This document shows positions 8,988 to 18,835 of a stretch of DNA of 64,000 bases, piece after piece. How positions within the stretch are numbered: position 1 is the first letter of the stretch; every line of letters begins with the position of its first letter. This stretch comes from a virus (Duplodnaviria; Caudoviricetes), in the IMG/VR virus record IMGVR_UViG_3300038608_000011, positions 13,678 through 77,677 of that record; one strand, 5' to 3'. A program made the position numbers and the translations under genes. Under the pieces are notes generated by a model. That model was not told the DNA's origin, ran no database searches, and saw only the letters and a program-made list of their open reading frames with translations.

Positions 8988-9976
8988 CGGATGTAAAGAC
9001 AAGAATTCAAACACCTAAGTCAACCTTCACAGTGGATTATCCCGAAGCTGTAGAGTTTATGAACAAACAACAAGCTGTCTTCTGGCCACACTTTGAGGTT
9101 AAGGTTGGGAAGGATAAACAAGACATTTTAGTCAACATGACAGAGGCAGAGAGTCACGGGACAATTGAAACCTTAAAGCTGTTTAGTAAATATGAGCAGA
9201 TTATTGGGAATGAATTCTGGATTAACTTTGTAATGAAGAAGTTCCCACGTCCTGCTGATATTCAACCGATGGCTGCAATGTTCGGTGCAATGGAGCTGGC
9301 GGTCCACCAGAAGTTTTATAGTACGTTGAATGAGGAGCTTGGGATTGCGACTGACAGTTTCTACAACGAATACTTGGAAGACCCTGAATTGAAGCAGCGC
9401 ATTGAGTTTATGGAAAACACCTTGTCTGCTAAAGATGATTTACGTGCTTTGGGTTGTTTCGTGTTTGGTGAAGGTGCAATTCTTTACTCTAGCTTTGCTT
9501 TCTTGAAGCACTTCCAGAGTCAAGGGAAGAATAAACTTTTGAATGTTGTAAGTGGAATCAACTTCTCTGCCCGTGATGAACATTTGCACTCGGAAGCAGC
9601 AGCGTGGTTATTTCGTACGCTTCTTCAAGAGAAGATTGAAGCTGGGTTGATTAGTGAACAAGAGCAAGAAGAGCTTAAACAAGATATTTATGAAGCTGCA
9701 CATACTGTAGATTTACACGAAAAAGCTATCATCAAGAAGATTTTTCAGAAAGGTAAAATCGATGGTATTACAGATGTACAACTAGAGTACTTTGAACAGA
9801 GTCGTATTAATCTTTGTTTGCGAATGCTTGGGTATGACAATTTGTTTAAGGTGGAGTATAACCCAATTGCTGAATACTTCTATAAAGGGATCAATGGTTA
9901 TTCATCGATAGACTTCTTTAATAGCCAAGGTAATCAGTACCAAAGAGATTGGGATTCTGAAGGGTTTAAATTTTAA
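8984..9976 (+). CDS. nrdB: ribonucleotide reductase class Ia beta subunit
   Basis: E..VHQKFY, EGAILYSSFA, RDEHLH di-iron motifs; probable TTG start at 8984. Confidence 0.93.
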   Translation: MTDVKTRIQTPKSTFTVDYPEAVEFMNKQQAVFWPHFEVKVGKDKQDILVNMTEAESHGTIETLKLFSKYEQIIGNEFWINFVMKKFPRPADIQPMAAMFGAMELAVHQKFYSTLNEELGIATDSFYNEYLEDPELKQRIEFMENTLSAKDDLRALGCFVFGEGAILYSSFAFLKHFQSQGKNKLLNVVSGINFSARDEHLHSEAAAWLFRTLLQEKIEAGLISEQEQEELKQDIYEAAHTVDLHEKAIIKKIFQKGKIDGITDVQLEYFEQSRINLCLRMLGYDNLFKVEYNPIAEYFYKGINGYSSIDFFNSQGNQYQRDWDSEGFKF

Positions 9977-9987
9977 AGGGGAATTGA

Positions 9988-11676
9988 GTGACAAACAGTT
10001 ATCGTGTTTTGAGTGATGAACGTAAGAAGCTACAAGAAGAGGGGTTGATGCCTGCTCACTGGTCTACGGGATCGTGGCAGCTATTTAAGAATAAATATTT
10101 ATACCAAGCCTCTAATCCAAGAGAACAATATCAACGTATCGCAGCTACATTGGCAGTACATACACCAGACCCATCTCATTGGAAGGAGAAGTTCTTTGAT
10201 ATTATGTGGAAAGGGTGGCTAAGTCCAAGTACACCGATTCTTGCTAATACAGGGACGAATCGTGGTCTACCAGTTAGTTGTGCTGGTAGTTATGTTCCAG
10301 ACAGTATTGATGGTATTTATAAAGCAAAGCATGAAACTGCAATGCTTACTAAGATGGGGTTTGGTACAGCAGGTTATTTAGGGGATGTTCGGCCACGAGG
10401 TACACCAATCACTGTAGGTGGTAAGTCTACAGGCGTTCTGCAAGTGATTGAGGGCTTCCAAAGTGATATGGAGTATGTAGCCCAGGGGACAGCTCGACGT
10501 GGCTCCTGGGCAGGTTATCTGCCTATTGATCACGGAGACTTTGATGAAGTGTGTACCTATCTGGAACAACACCCAGATGGTAACAATATAGGCTGGAACA
10601 TCTCAGATGAGTTTATTGAACGTCTAAAGTCTGGAGATGCCGATGCAATCAAACGTTATGGTAAAGCTCTAAAGACTAAGATGGTTACGGGGAAGGGATA
10701 CTTCTTCTTCCCTCAAAAGGTAGAACGTAAACGTCCACAGTGGTATGTTGATCAGAACCTTGATGTTAAGTCGCCTCAGTTGTGTAATGAGGTTATGCTT
10801 CATTCAAGTAAAATCTTTACTTACACTTGTGTACTTGCTTCAATGAATGATGAATTGTTCGATGAGTGGTGCGGTACAGATGCTGTGTTTACAGCCATTG
10901 TGTTTCTAGATGCTGTTTGTCAGGAATTCATTGAACGGGCTAAGAACATCCCTGGCCTTGAGAAAGCTGTAGCGTTTACAAAGAATAGTCGTGCTTTGGG
11001 GTTAGGTCAGTGTGGTCTTCATTCATACATGCAAAAGAATATGATTGCATTTGAAAGCTTTGAAGCTCATATGATCAACAACAAGATTGCTAAATATATT
11101 CAAGATGAAGCGATTAAAGCATCTGAATGGCTTGCAAGTGTTTGGGGTGAACCGAAGTGGATGAAAGGCTATGGACGTGCTAACACTCACCTAATTGCAA
11201 TCGCACCAACTAAATCAACCGCACTTATCATGGGTGGTGTTAGTGAAGGTATTAACCCAGACACAGCTATGGTTTATAATCAGAAGAGTGCAGGCGGCGA
11301 GGTTGATCGAGTTAACCCTTACCTTCTAAAACTGATGAAAGAGAAAGGTGTATTCACTAAAGCCAATGTAGAAGATATTCGTGACAAGATGGGCAGCGTG
11401 CAACACGTTGAGTGGCTCACCGATGATGAGAAGCTTGTATTCCGTACGGCATTTGAAATCAATCAACATACAATCATTCGCATGGCTGCTGCTCGCGGCA
11501 AGTTTATGGATCAGTGGCAATCATTGAACTTGTTCTTTGCTGCTGGTGAAGATGAGGCCTATATTAACGAGGTGCATAAGGAAGCCTTCTTGAATCCTGA
11601 CATTCTTGGCTTGTACTACGTTTACAGCATGGCAGGTGTGCAAGCCAGCAAGGACGAGTGCCTAGCTTGTCAATAA
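9988..11676 (+). CDS. nrdA: ribonucleotide reductase class Ia alpha subunit (no ATP cone)
   Basis: SPSTP, PVSC, QLCNE, CVLAS, IAIAPT, C-terminal CLAC. Confidence 0.95.
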   Translation: MTNSYRVLSDERKKLQEEGLMPAHWSTGSWQLFKNKYLYQASNPREQYQRIAATLAVHTPDPSHWKEKFFDIMWKGWLSPSTPILANTGTNRGLPVSCAGSYVPDSIDGIYKAKHETAMLTKMGFGTAGYLGDVRPRGTPITVGGKSTGVLQVIEGFQSDMEYVAQGTARRGSWAGYLPIDHGDFDEVCTYLEQHPDGNNIGWNISDEFIERLKSGDADAIKRYGKALKTKMVTGKGYFFFPQKVERKRPQWYVDQNLDVKSPQLCNEVMLHSSKIFTYTCVLASMNDELFDEWCGTDAVFTAIVFLDAVCQEFIERAKNIPGLEKAVAFTKNSRALGLGQCGLHSYMQKNMIAFESFEAHMINNKIAKYIQDEAIKASEWLASVWGEPKWMKGYGRANTHLIAIAPTKSTALIMGGVSEGINPDTAMVYNQKSAGGEVDRVNPYLLKLMKEKGVFTKANVEDIRDKMGSVQHVEWLTDDEKLVFRTAFEINQHTIIRMAAARGKFMDQWQSLNLFFAAGEDEAYINEVHKEAFLNPDILGLYYVYSMAGVQASKDECLACQ

Positions 11677-11683
11677 CTTTTAA

Positions 11684-11708
11684 AGCCCCTTAATTGGGGC
11701 TATTTTTA
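11684..11708 (+). terminator. Rho-independent terminator after nrdA
   Basis: GCCCC-ttaatt-GGGGC then tattttt. Confidence 0.7.
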
Positions 11709-11721
11709 TTTAAGGTTTAAA

Positions 11722-12195
11722 ATGGAATTAATAAAGAATAGAGAAGGTTGGCTAGTAAATGAAACACACAGACAATGTACAAATTGTTTAGTTATTTATG
11801 AAAGAACAAGTCCAACAGTCACTTTATGTAATATTTGTAATTCAGGTAGGGTTAAGAGTCAATCTCCTGAAATCAGGATGTGGAGACGTGCTAAAGCCAG
11901 GGTTGTGAAATCTGGAGTGCCTTTTGATATTGAAGTATCTGATATTATCATTCCTAAACTCTGCCCTATTCTAGGGATACCTCTCGTGGTCTACAGAGGC
12001 AGGCCTGGGGGAGAAAACAATTCCCCAGCACTTGATAGGATTGACAACACGCTGGGATATGTGAAAGGGAATATTCAAGTGATTAGCCACTTAGCCAACT
12101 GCATGAAAAGCTCTGCTTCACCTGAACAATTGGTGAAATTCGCACAGTGGGTGCTTGAGACCTATGAGACACATGCCTCTGCAAGAAATGTTTAA
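11722..12195 (+). CDS. free-standing HNH-type homing endonuclease
   Basis: CTNC/CNIC Zn motifs; SPALDRID..GYVKGN..VISHLAN.MK. Confidence 0.85.
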   Translation: MELIKNREGWLVNETHRQCTNCLVIYERTSPTVTLCNICNSGRVKSQSPEIRMWRRAKARVVKSGVPFDIEVSDIIIPKLCPILGIPLVVYRGRPGGENNSPALDRIDNTLGYVKGNIQVISHLANCMKSSASPEQLVKFAQWVLETYETHASARNV

Positions 12196-12202
12196 AAGAA
12201 CC

Positions 12203-12231
12203 TTGACGAATCTCTAAACGTCTGCAATACT
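12203..12231 (+). promoter_or_regulatory. possible sigma70 promoter
   Basis: TTGACG-17-AATACT, followed by a GCCCTG/CAGGGC hairpin. Confidence 0.4.
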
Positions 12232-12289
12232 AGCCCTGTGTCCTAATCAGACCAGGGCATTTTTCTACATAAATTTTAGGAGAAACAAA

Positions 12290-12806
12290 ATGAATCTAGT
12301 ACAATGGTTGGCTGTTGAGTTTGAAGAGAAGAAAATTGATTTTACCCAGTGGCCTGAAGATGCTGAGACAATCTCACAGGACAACTATGAAGTGACTATT
12401 GAGGGTTGTGCTTGCATATGTACAGAAACTCTATGATACTATCAAAGACAAAGAGACTATCGGAATTCCGATGTACTATGTTGAGAAACAAGCTCTGGTT
12501 CAAGGGATTGATGATAGATACTCAGATGATGTTGACCTAGATGCAGCTCATCAGCTACGCTTGCGAGACTTGGAAGAGTTGCTTTGGGTATTCTCAGATA
12601 ACGAACCAAATATCAAGGATTATGACTTTCATATGGGCTTTGTTTTCGGGGAGAAAGAAGAGGGTGCTGTAGGAGTACCTTGTACTATCACCTGTACAAA
12701 TGATACAGAGAGGGATCGTTACCATGTAGACCAAGAAGTTTACTGGGAACGTAAAATTGCAGGGTACGAATTGAGTGGAAAGTTGTGGCGAGAATTGCAG
12801 TGGTAA
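12290..12806 (+). pseudogene. hypothetical gene apparently split by a +1 frame discontinuity (ORFs 12290-12436 and 12399-12806)
   Basis: Strong RBS only on the upstream 48-aa ORF; downstream frame opens at 12396 with no clear RBS. Confidence 0.4.
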
Positions 12807-12835
12807 TTCGTTAAATTATCAGGAGGAATAGTAAG

Positions 12836-13762
12836 GTGGAATTTCGCAGATTTAGTAGCCTAGAAAACACGTACAGAGGGAACTTGATTGACAAGGTTCA
12901 ATATGAAGGAAAAGATGGTGGTTTGTGGATGGCCACGGAGAAGCTGCACGGTGCCAATTTCAGCTTCTGGTGTGATGGTACAGAAGTAAAGGTTGCATCT
13001 CGTACACAGTTTGTTGATGGGACATTCTATAATTGTCAGGCTGTGATTAATTGTTATTCTCAAGGTATCCTTGATTGGTGTATTGAGAAGGGTGTTAAGA
13101 GTTTTATTGCATACGGTGAACTATTTGGCGGTAATGTTCAGAAAGAAGTCAAATACGGGGAGAAAGATTTTTACGCTTTTGATCTTGTAGTTGATGGTAA
13201 AGTTCTAGATAAGCATACTGCTCAAAGCGTAGCTGATGATTGCGGCCTATTCTTTGTACCTGTCCTTAAAGTGGGTACATTTGCCGAGTGCTTAGCTCTA
13301 TCAAACACGTTTAAATCAACACTGACACCAGAGGGTTACGAAGAAGAGAACACGTCAGAAGGTCTTGTAATTGAGCCTGTAGAACCAGCTTGGTTTAACA
13401 ACGGAAGCCGTATCTACTTCAAGAATAAGACTGAAGGGTTTAGTGAGAAGAATCGTCAACCAAAAGAGAAACAAGTATTTGAGTTGTCAGAGGAAGAGTC
13501 TGATTTAATGAATGTGCTTCTTGAGTACAACACAGAACAACGGGTTTCTAACGTAATCAGTAAGATTGGTCAGATCACTAACAAAGACTTCGGTAAGATT
13601 CTTGGCCTTACTGTGCAGGATATACTGGAAGATTTTACTAAAGACAATGATTACGATGCTAAAGCACACGCAGAAGGGAACTGGAAACAATTCCATAAGC
13701 TGTTGTCTGCTGAAGTTGGTAAAACAGTTCGTGTTGAGTTTCTAAAGCAACTGGAGGAATAA
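12836..13762 (+). CDS. RNA ligase, T4 Rnl2 family
   Basis: TEKLHGANF, YGELFG, YAFDL, EGLVI, YFKNK motifs. Confidence 0.93.
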   Translation: MEFRRFSSLENTYRGNLIDKVQYEGKDGGLWMATEKLHGANFSFWCDGTEVKVASRTQFVDGTFYNCQAVINCYSQGILDWCIEKGVKSFIAYGELFGGNVQKEVKYGEKDFYAFDLVVDGKVLDKHTAQSVADDCGLFFVPVLKVGTFAECLALSNTFKSTLTPEGYEEENTSEGLVIEPVEPAWFNNGSRIYFKNKTEGFSEKNRQPKEKQVFELSEEESDLMNVLLEYNTEQRVSNVISKIGQITNKDFGKILGLTVQDILEDFTKDNDYDAKAHAEGNWKQFHKLLSAEVGKTVRVEFLKQLEE

Positions 13763-13890
13763 TGCCTAAAAGCTTTTTATTCATAGCTCTTGTAGCTTTC
13801 CTTGTACTAGGAGTATCTGCAATACCCTCTTATGACAAATACAAAGCAGGAGGTTATAAAGAATCTGTAAGAGTGAAGGAAATAAAGTAG
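13762..13890 (+). CDS. small membrane protein (42 aa)
   Basis: TAATG coupling; hydrophobic FLFIALVAFLVLGVSAI. Confidence 0.5.
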   Translation: MPKSFLFIALVAFLVLGVSAIPSYDKYKAGGYKESVRVKEIK

Positions 13891-13930
13891 TTTGTTGGTG
13901 GGTTAAATTGGAATATAAGGAGAGCATAGA

Positions 13931-14143
13931 ATGAAAGTGTCTTGTGAGAAAATACCATTTATACCTGTTGTAATAACTCTTGAAAGTCAGTTTGAGGTTG
14001 ATGTACTTAAGCAGTTAGTAGGTTCTGTTGGAGGTGACCGTAATAAAGTTCGTGCTTTTACAACTGAAATATATACCGCACTAGATGCATTTTCTGAAGG
14101 TGGAGGTGCATATTTTGAGGGGTATTTGACAGCTACAGAGTAA
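13931..14143 (+). CDS. hypothetical protein
   Basis: 70-aa ORF with GGAG RBS. Confidence 0.65.
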   Translation: MKVSCEKIPFIPVVITLESQFEVDVLKQLVGSVGGDRNKVRAFTTEIYTALDAFSEGGGAYFEGYLTATE

Positions 14144-14156
14144 ATTTTAGACAAAC

Positions 14157-14185
14157 AAAAGCCCGCCTATCTTGGCGGGCTTTCT
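14157..14185. terminator. bidirectional terminator between convergent replication and late blocks
   Basis: aaaaGCCCGCC-tatctt-GGCGGGCtttct. Confidence 0.9.
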
Positions 14186-14216
14186 CATAATTATAGATTG
14201 ATGAATCTACAGCTTA

Positions 14217-14594
14217 TTATTTTTTAGAGTTATTTTTATTCTCTTCATCTCCATTGACAACTACATTTTGACTGTTGAATTGTCTTTGGGTGATTCTGGC
14301 ATATCTATTCTGCTTTTCCTGCATCGCCATTCTTTCTTCAATAATCTCCACCTTACGAGACATGCTAAGTTGGTATGAGTCTGATAGTTCAGAAACCTTA
14401 TTGATCTTGCTTTCTAAATAGTATGTTCTATTATCCAGAACATCTAGAATAACCTTCTTCTCTGCCACAACTTGAGAAGAAACCTTGTCATCATTCCATT
14501 GCTTCGATAAAATAACGATTGCTAGTAGAAGGAAAACAAGGTTGGTACTTCTTTCTACAATCTTCCAAAACAAGCTGTCTTTCCTTCTATCCAT
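14217..14594 (-). CDS. single-TM coiled-coil protein in lysis cassette
   Basis: TM segment LVFLLLAIVILS, coiled-coil C-terminus. Confidence 0.7.
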   Translation of the reverse strand: MDRRKDSLFWKIVERSTNLVFLLLAIVILSKQWNDDKVSSQVVAEKKVILDVLDNRTYYLESKINKVSELSDSYQLSMSRKVEIIEERMAMQEKQNRYARITQRQFNSQNVVVNGDEENKNNSKK

Positions 14595-14597
14595 GAT

Positions 14598-14864
14598 TTA
14601 TTTAGAACGTCTATCAGAGACGTAGTTTAGAATTAACCCAAGCTTAGAATCCATATTGGAAAATCTGGCATCCATGTTTTGTGTAATACGCTCTTCAAGC
14701 ACCTTGGCTTTAGCCTCAGTGAACATCTCACCTTGCATATTAAACACACGTTCTTCTAGTCGGTTAATCGAGTTATATTGCCAAGTGACGATCAGACAAA
14801 GTGCTCCAACAGCCACCTTCTCCAAAATACCCACTAAACGGATGTTTTCAGTTGGTGTTGCCAT
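14598..14864 (-). CDS. single-TM coiled-coil protein in lysis cassette
   Basis: TM segment VAVGALCLIVTW, coiled-coil C-terminus. Confidence 0.7.
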   Translation of the reverse strand: MATPTENIRLVGILEKVAVGALCLIVTWQYNSINRLEERVFNMQGEMFTEAKAKVLEERITQNMDARFSNMDSKLGLILNYVSDRRSK

Positions 14865-15126
14865 TGTAAAGCTCCTCCTGCCTTTTCTTGAATTTTCTCT
14901 GTCTCTCTAGAAGCGCTCTGTAAGCCCCTATACAAGACGTATTCTTTACATAGCCCTTAGCTAACGACCCTACTGTTTCCCCCGCTCCTACAGCCTTACA
15001 GGGGTCTTGTAGAAGGCTATCGGGCATCATGATCACAATCTCCACTGGCTGCTTTACAATTTGCTGAGAGCAAGCGGATAAGACTGCTAGGAAGCTTGCT
15101 ATCAAGATCAACTGTACTATTTTCAT
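14848..15126 (-). CDS. o-spanin (Rz1-like lipoprotein)
   Basis: Lipobox VLSA-C, Pro-containing mature part, overlaps i-spanin 3' end. Confidence 0.8.
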   Translation of the reverse strand: MKIVQLILIASFLAVLSACSQQIVKQPVEIVIMMPDSLLQDPCKAVGAGETVGSLAKGYVKNTSCIGAYRALLERQRKFKKRQEELYNGNTN

Positions 15127-15454
15127 TAGACACATTCTCATTAGCTGTAGTCTTTTTAGATATGATTGGTTTAGTCACAGCTTCTAGTTTGTCTATTTCT
15201 TTAAGAGAATAGGCCATAGAAGATTCTATGGCTTGTTTATCTTTCTGATATTCAGCGACAACAGAGTCAACTATTTTGCAAGATTCTTTTTTCTTTTCTA
15301 TGGATTTTTCTAGGCTAGAATTGCTTTCAAGGGCTATCTTGAATGCTTGCTCAGCTTCTTGTTTTGCTCCATAAAAAGAGTAAGAAAGATAGCCAAACAA
15401 CCCATTGAAGGCTAAGGAGACAAGAAGAACAATAATTAGATTCTTAGTTATCAT
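15017..15454 (-). CDS. i-spanin (Rz-like)
   Basis: N-terminal TM then coiled coil and C-terminal Cys; start at MITKN with GGAG RBS. Confidence 0.8.
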   Translation of the reverse strand: MITKNLIIVLLVSLAFNGLFGYLSYSFYGAKQEAEQAFKIALESNSSLEKSIEKKKESCKIVDSVVAEYQKDKQAIESSMAYSLKEIDKLEAVTKPIISKKTTANENVSNENSTVDLDSKLPSSLIRLLSANCKAASGDCDHDAR

Positions 15455-15674
15455 TTTGATTGTCTCCATCAATAGCCTGATCAAGAATGCGCCCAATAAG
15501 ACCAAATACACCAAAGGTAGTAGCAAGAGAAGCCAGAATTGGAAGCGTAAGCTCACTTGTTAATACCCCCAATACAGACAATCCAGATACGGAAAGAGCA
15601 ACAAGAATATTAGCAATCAGAGATAGAGATGAATAAGATTTAAGGCGTTTCTTCCAATTCTTTGCTAATCGCAT
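15444..15674 (-). CDS. holin (two TM segments)
   Basis: MRLAKNWKKRLKSYS then two hydrophobic helices; GAGGAGG RBS; between endolysin and spanins. Confidence 0.7.
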   Translation of the reverse strand: MRLAKNWKKRLKSYSSLSLIANILVALSVSGLSVLGVLTSELTLPILASLATTFGVFGLIGRILDQAIDGDNQNDN

Positions 15675-16218
15675 TCCATTCCTCCTCAAATTGTTTATAT
15701 GCTTGTTGTTTATCCCAAGAGAGTTCGCTGAGGCAATACGGCATTGTGTTTTTACGTCTAATGACAAGACCTTTTAAAGTCTTCCCCTTAGCCTTCACCC
15801 AACGGGATAGTTGCTTACAAGCCTCTACATGTTTACCTTGTTTGATTAGGGCAATCAGCGTAGAAGGACCAATCAGTCCTGCACCATTATTGAAGGTCAT
15901 GTCTGTAACAGCTACCCTTTGCCACTCAGAAGCAAACCTGTCCTTACCACCAACCATCTTGTCTGTTTCTAATTGATGTTTCTTGAAATCCTTGGTAAAA
16001 AGAGTTAGACATTCTTCCTCAGAATATTTGTCTTTAATCTTCTCACCTCTCAAGGCAAGATGCCCAACACAATAAGTAGTTAAACCCACCGGATCAGGAT
16101 AAGGAGAATAAACAAGACCTTCAGAGGGTAATGTCAAATCATAGGCAACAAAAGCAGCAGGGGCCGAAAGCCCCGCTGTAATAAAAGATACTATCAGTTT
16201 CTGTTTAAGACTCTTCAT
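15640..16218 (-). CDS. GH24 lysozyme, probable SAR endolysin
   Basis: E-x8-D-x5-T triad (EGLVYSPYPDPVGLTT); weakly hydrophobic Ala/Gly-rich N-terminus. Confidence 0.88.
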   Translation of the reverse strand: MKSLKQKLIVSFITAGLSAPAAFVAYDLTLPSEGLVYSPYPDPVGLTTYCVGHLALRGEKIKDKYSEEECLTLFTKDFKKHQLETDKMVGGKDRFASEWQRVAVTDMTFNNGAGLIGPSTLIALIKQGKHVEACKQLSRWVKAKGKTLKGLVIRRKNTMPYCLSELSWDKQQAYKQFEEEWNAISKELEETP

Positions 16219-16245
16219 TTTATTTGCCTAGCATACTCAAATTAA

Positions 16246-18408
16246 TCAAAGATTACGAGTGATTCCAATATAGTTAGAAGCTGCATCCGTATCAAGAGTT
16301 ACAGCGCCGCCTTGGTTATGAATAACCCGCACATCCAATGTATCGGTTGTACCATTTAACAATATTGGAGGTGTCGATATGGAACTAGAAAGCTGGCCAG
16401 TAAATGCGGCTTGGGCTGCACTCCACTCACCTTTTGAAACCTCACTGCCATTCTTATAAACCCTTAATTCAAATCTTGATCCAAGAGGCCAAGCAACCGA
16501 CGCTGTTTGAGTCCTCGCCACAACTGTGTAATACCCAGCATTTTTAGCAGTGAATACACCAGTACCATTTGAAAATTCCGACAGCGTGTCTGTTGTTTCC
16601 GTGTTCCACGTAACAGTAGTAACAGTTGCATTACTGATTGACTGCGCATCGGTTGCAGAGGCGTAAACTTTAGTAGTTGGCGGACCAATAAGATATTGAT
16701 TTTGCGGGTAGGTGCCACCAGTGGTAAAACCGCCGTCTAATATTTCCCATACGTTTGTAGCAGTTACAGCTACGCCGCCGTTATAGGCTCGTGTAACCGC
16801 ATCTATTACCATGCTAAAATGATTTTGTCTTAGGGCACCTACTACATGATTGAAAGCATTTGTTCCTGTTTCAAAATAACCAGCAAATACGTTGGCATCA
16901 GCGGCCAATTGACCATCATTAGTGATGGCAGATTGGAAGTCTTGGTAGTAGGCGGTAGAGCGCCCACCAATGTTATTAGCATTGAAGACTTGAGTGCTAT
17001 TCCCAGAAATACGGATAGGATAATCTAGTTTGATTTTAAAATGATTAACATTGTTGAAATAGATACTAGCTATTGTTGTATCAAACTCTATTGCAACCTG
17101 CCCTGTTGCTGCACCAATTTTCTCTGCACGGAAGTTTGTACAGGCAAAAAAACTCATGCCGGGATTACGGATAAACACCAGATTATTGACAGCAGACTTG
17201 ATAAGAAAGTTATCGAATTTCGCGTGGAAATCCCCAATAACAAATTGCCCTGTGCCCGTTAGTGTAAATGCCGTTTGACCGTCATCTGCACCAGAACACT
17301 GGAATATTTGAGCTATTGTAATCGGACTATTTATTGTGAAGTTGCCATAACCTGCACGCAGGGATTTGCCGGTAGTAGCAGCGCTTTTAATTGCGAACGT
17401 ACTATCGGTAGAATCTTTTGCTCCAAACTGCTCAATAGTATAAAAGCCCTGGAATACTAGTTTCCATCGTCCACCATCATTAGCCACGATCAATGACCCA
17501 CCGTTGTCAGCGGAAATGGGGGTGCTTGATACTGTTTGCGATATGCTGACAGTATATGTTCCAGTACCACCGGTACCCGTTCCAAGTGCAGTGATATAGG
17601 TGCTATCAGTCACCCCTGTACCGCTAATACGTTGGCCAACTGCTAGCGTGCCATTTGTGACTGAAGTGACAGTGAGGGTAGTAGTAGATATTGATCCGGT
17701 TACATAGGCCCCAGAGGTTGTATCAGCAGAGTCGTGTAAATAATCACCACCACCGCCATCTAGAGCTGCATAGTATCCAGTGACAAAAGCTCTAGTATAT
17801 TTAGTTTTATCTAAGGCTTTAAGGGATACAATAGAATCTACAACTCGATTAAGCTTTAATTTAATTTGTTGATCTAGTGTTGTACTATCAAAACCAATTA
17901 AAGCCGCACCCTTGGTGGCTAGGGAATTATTTGCAACATCCGTTCTAAGAGTATCTGTATATGTATTGGCTTGGGCACTTGCAACATCTAGCCCTGCTTG
18001 TGTAGCAAAAAATGCAATATTTTGAAAAGCAGCAGTACCAAGAGTTGATACGGTTAATTCAACAGCATCTAAACGTGAATCTAACTGAGCAGGGGAGTCA
18101 ACCTGAGCAAGAGAAGTTCCATTGAACTGGTGTGTCTGACCTGTTGTCCTTACAACCACTGTAAACCATTTAGGGACAGGGGAGCTAAAATAAGTAGTTC
18201 CTACGGCAAAGTATAGACGATTATCCGTAGTTAAGTAGTGGGCTTGTCCATTTACAGCAGCAGGAAGAGAAGCAACAATGCTGTCTATATTTCTATCAAA
18301 CATGAAAGAGAATTTAAGCATATTCTCATCCATTCCTGTGTTCCAGAAAGATTCCCCAAAATTCCAACCGTACTTACTTTCCAGAAAAGGGCTGGTTTGT
18401 TGTGCCAT
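16246..18408 (-). CDS. tail fibre/tailspike receptor-binding protein (beta-helix-like middle, C1q-like C-terminus)
   Basis: KYGWNFGES head, GGGDY...[14 protein letters not shown] module, EQFGAKD beta-helix start, [12 protein letters not shown] / VYKNG. Confidence 0.85.
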   Translation of the reverse strand: MAQQTSPFLESKYGWNFGESFWNTGMDENMLKFSFMFDRNIDSIVASLPAAVNGQAHYLTTDNRLYFAVGTTYFSSPVPKWFTVVVRTTGQTHQFNGTSLAQVDSPAQLDSRLDAVELTVSTLGTAAFQNIAFFATQAGLDVASAQANTYTDTLRTDVANNSLATKGAALIGFDSTTLDQQIKLKLNRVVDSIVSLKALDKTKYTRAFVTGYYAALDGGGGDYLHDSADTTSGAYVTGSISTTTLTVTSVTNGTLAVGQRISGTGVTDSTYITALGTGTGGTGTYTVSISQTVSSTPISADNGGSLIVANDGGRWKLVFQGFYTIEQFGAKDSTDSTFAIKSAATTGKSLRAGYGNFTINSPITIAQIFQCSGADDGQTAFTLTGTGQFVIGDFHAKFDNFLIKSAVNNLVFIRNPGMSFFACTNFRAEKIGAATGQVAIEFDTTIASIYFNNVNHFKIKLDYPIRISGNSTQVFNANNIGGRSTAYYQDFQSAITNDGQLAADANVFAGYFETGTNAFNHVVGALRQNHFSMVIDAVTRAYNGGVAVTATNVWEILDGGFTTGGTYPQNQYLIGPPTTKVYASATDAQSISNATVTTVTWNTETTDTLSEFSNGTGVFTAKNAGYYTVVARTQTASVAWPLGSRFELRVYKNGSEVSKGEWSAAQAAFTGQLSSSISTPPILLNGTTDTLDVRVIHNQGGAVTLDTDAASNYIGITRNL

Positions 18409-18412
18409 CTAA

Positions 18413-18832
18413 TTACTCCTTATAATCTGGCGCAATAGGCCGGTATTCTATGTGGGGGAAATTTTCATGTGAAGACCATTGCCGTAGTAACTTCCTATAA
18501 TTTCTCCAATCCGTTACAGAGCCTGTAGAAGAAGGGTCGGAGTCTTGAACTTTCTCTAATTCCTCTCTTACCCTGTATATCTCAGAGGAAATCCATTCGT
18601 TCTCAAAAAAGACACGATCTTTTTCCGACAATTCCACGACCACCCAACAAACCTGATTGAGACTATCCACACCCCGCTGTTTCCCCACTGGTGCTGGGGT
18701 CAGGGCAAACTCTTTAAAAACACTTTCGGAAATTTTAAAACAATCTTGTGGCCATGTCTGAGTTTTTAGGTAGTCGTTTTTAAACTCTTCTGGGTAAAAC
18801 CCCAGTGTAGTGGGGCTAAAATAATAGCTCAT
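18413..18832 (-). CDS. tail fibre assembly chaperone
   Basis: YYFSPTTLGFY N-terminus, WRNYRKLLR C-terminus, follows fibre gene. Confidence 0.85.
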   Translation of the reverse strand: MSYYFSPTTLGFYPEEFKNDYLKTQTWPQDCFKISESVFKEFALTPAPVGKQRGVDSLNQVCWVVVELSEKDRVFFENEWISSEIYRVREELEKVQDSDPSSTGSVTDWRNYRKLLRQWSSHENFPHIEYRPIAPDYKE

Positions 18833-18835
18833 ATA

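Noticed and set aside
9988-11676. Short nrdA (562 aa) as a truncated pseudogene
   Set aside because: All catalytic motifs and the C-terminal CxxC are present; it simply lacks the ATP cone.
586-13696. Minus-strand and out-of-frame ORFs within the replication block
   Set aside because: Fully overlap well-supported genes; no independent signals.
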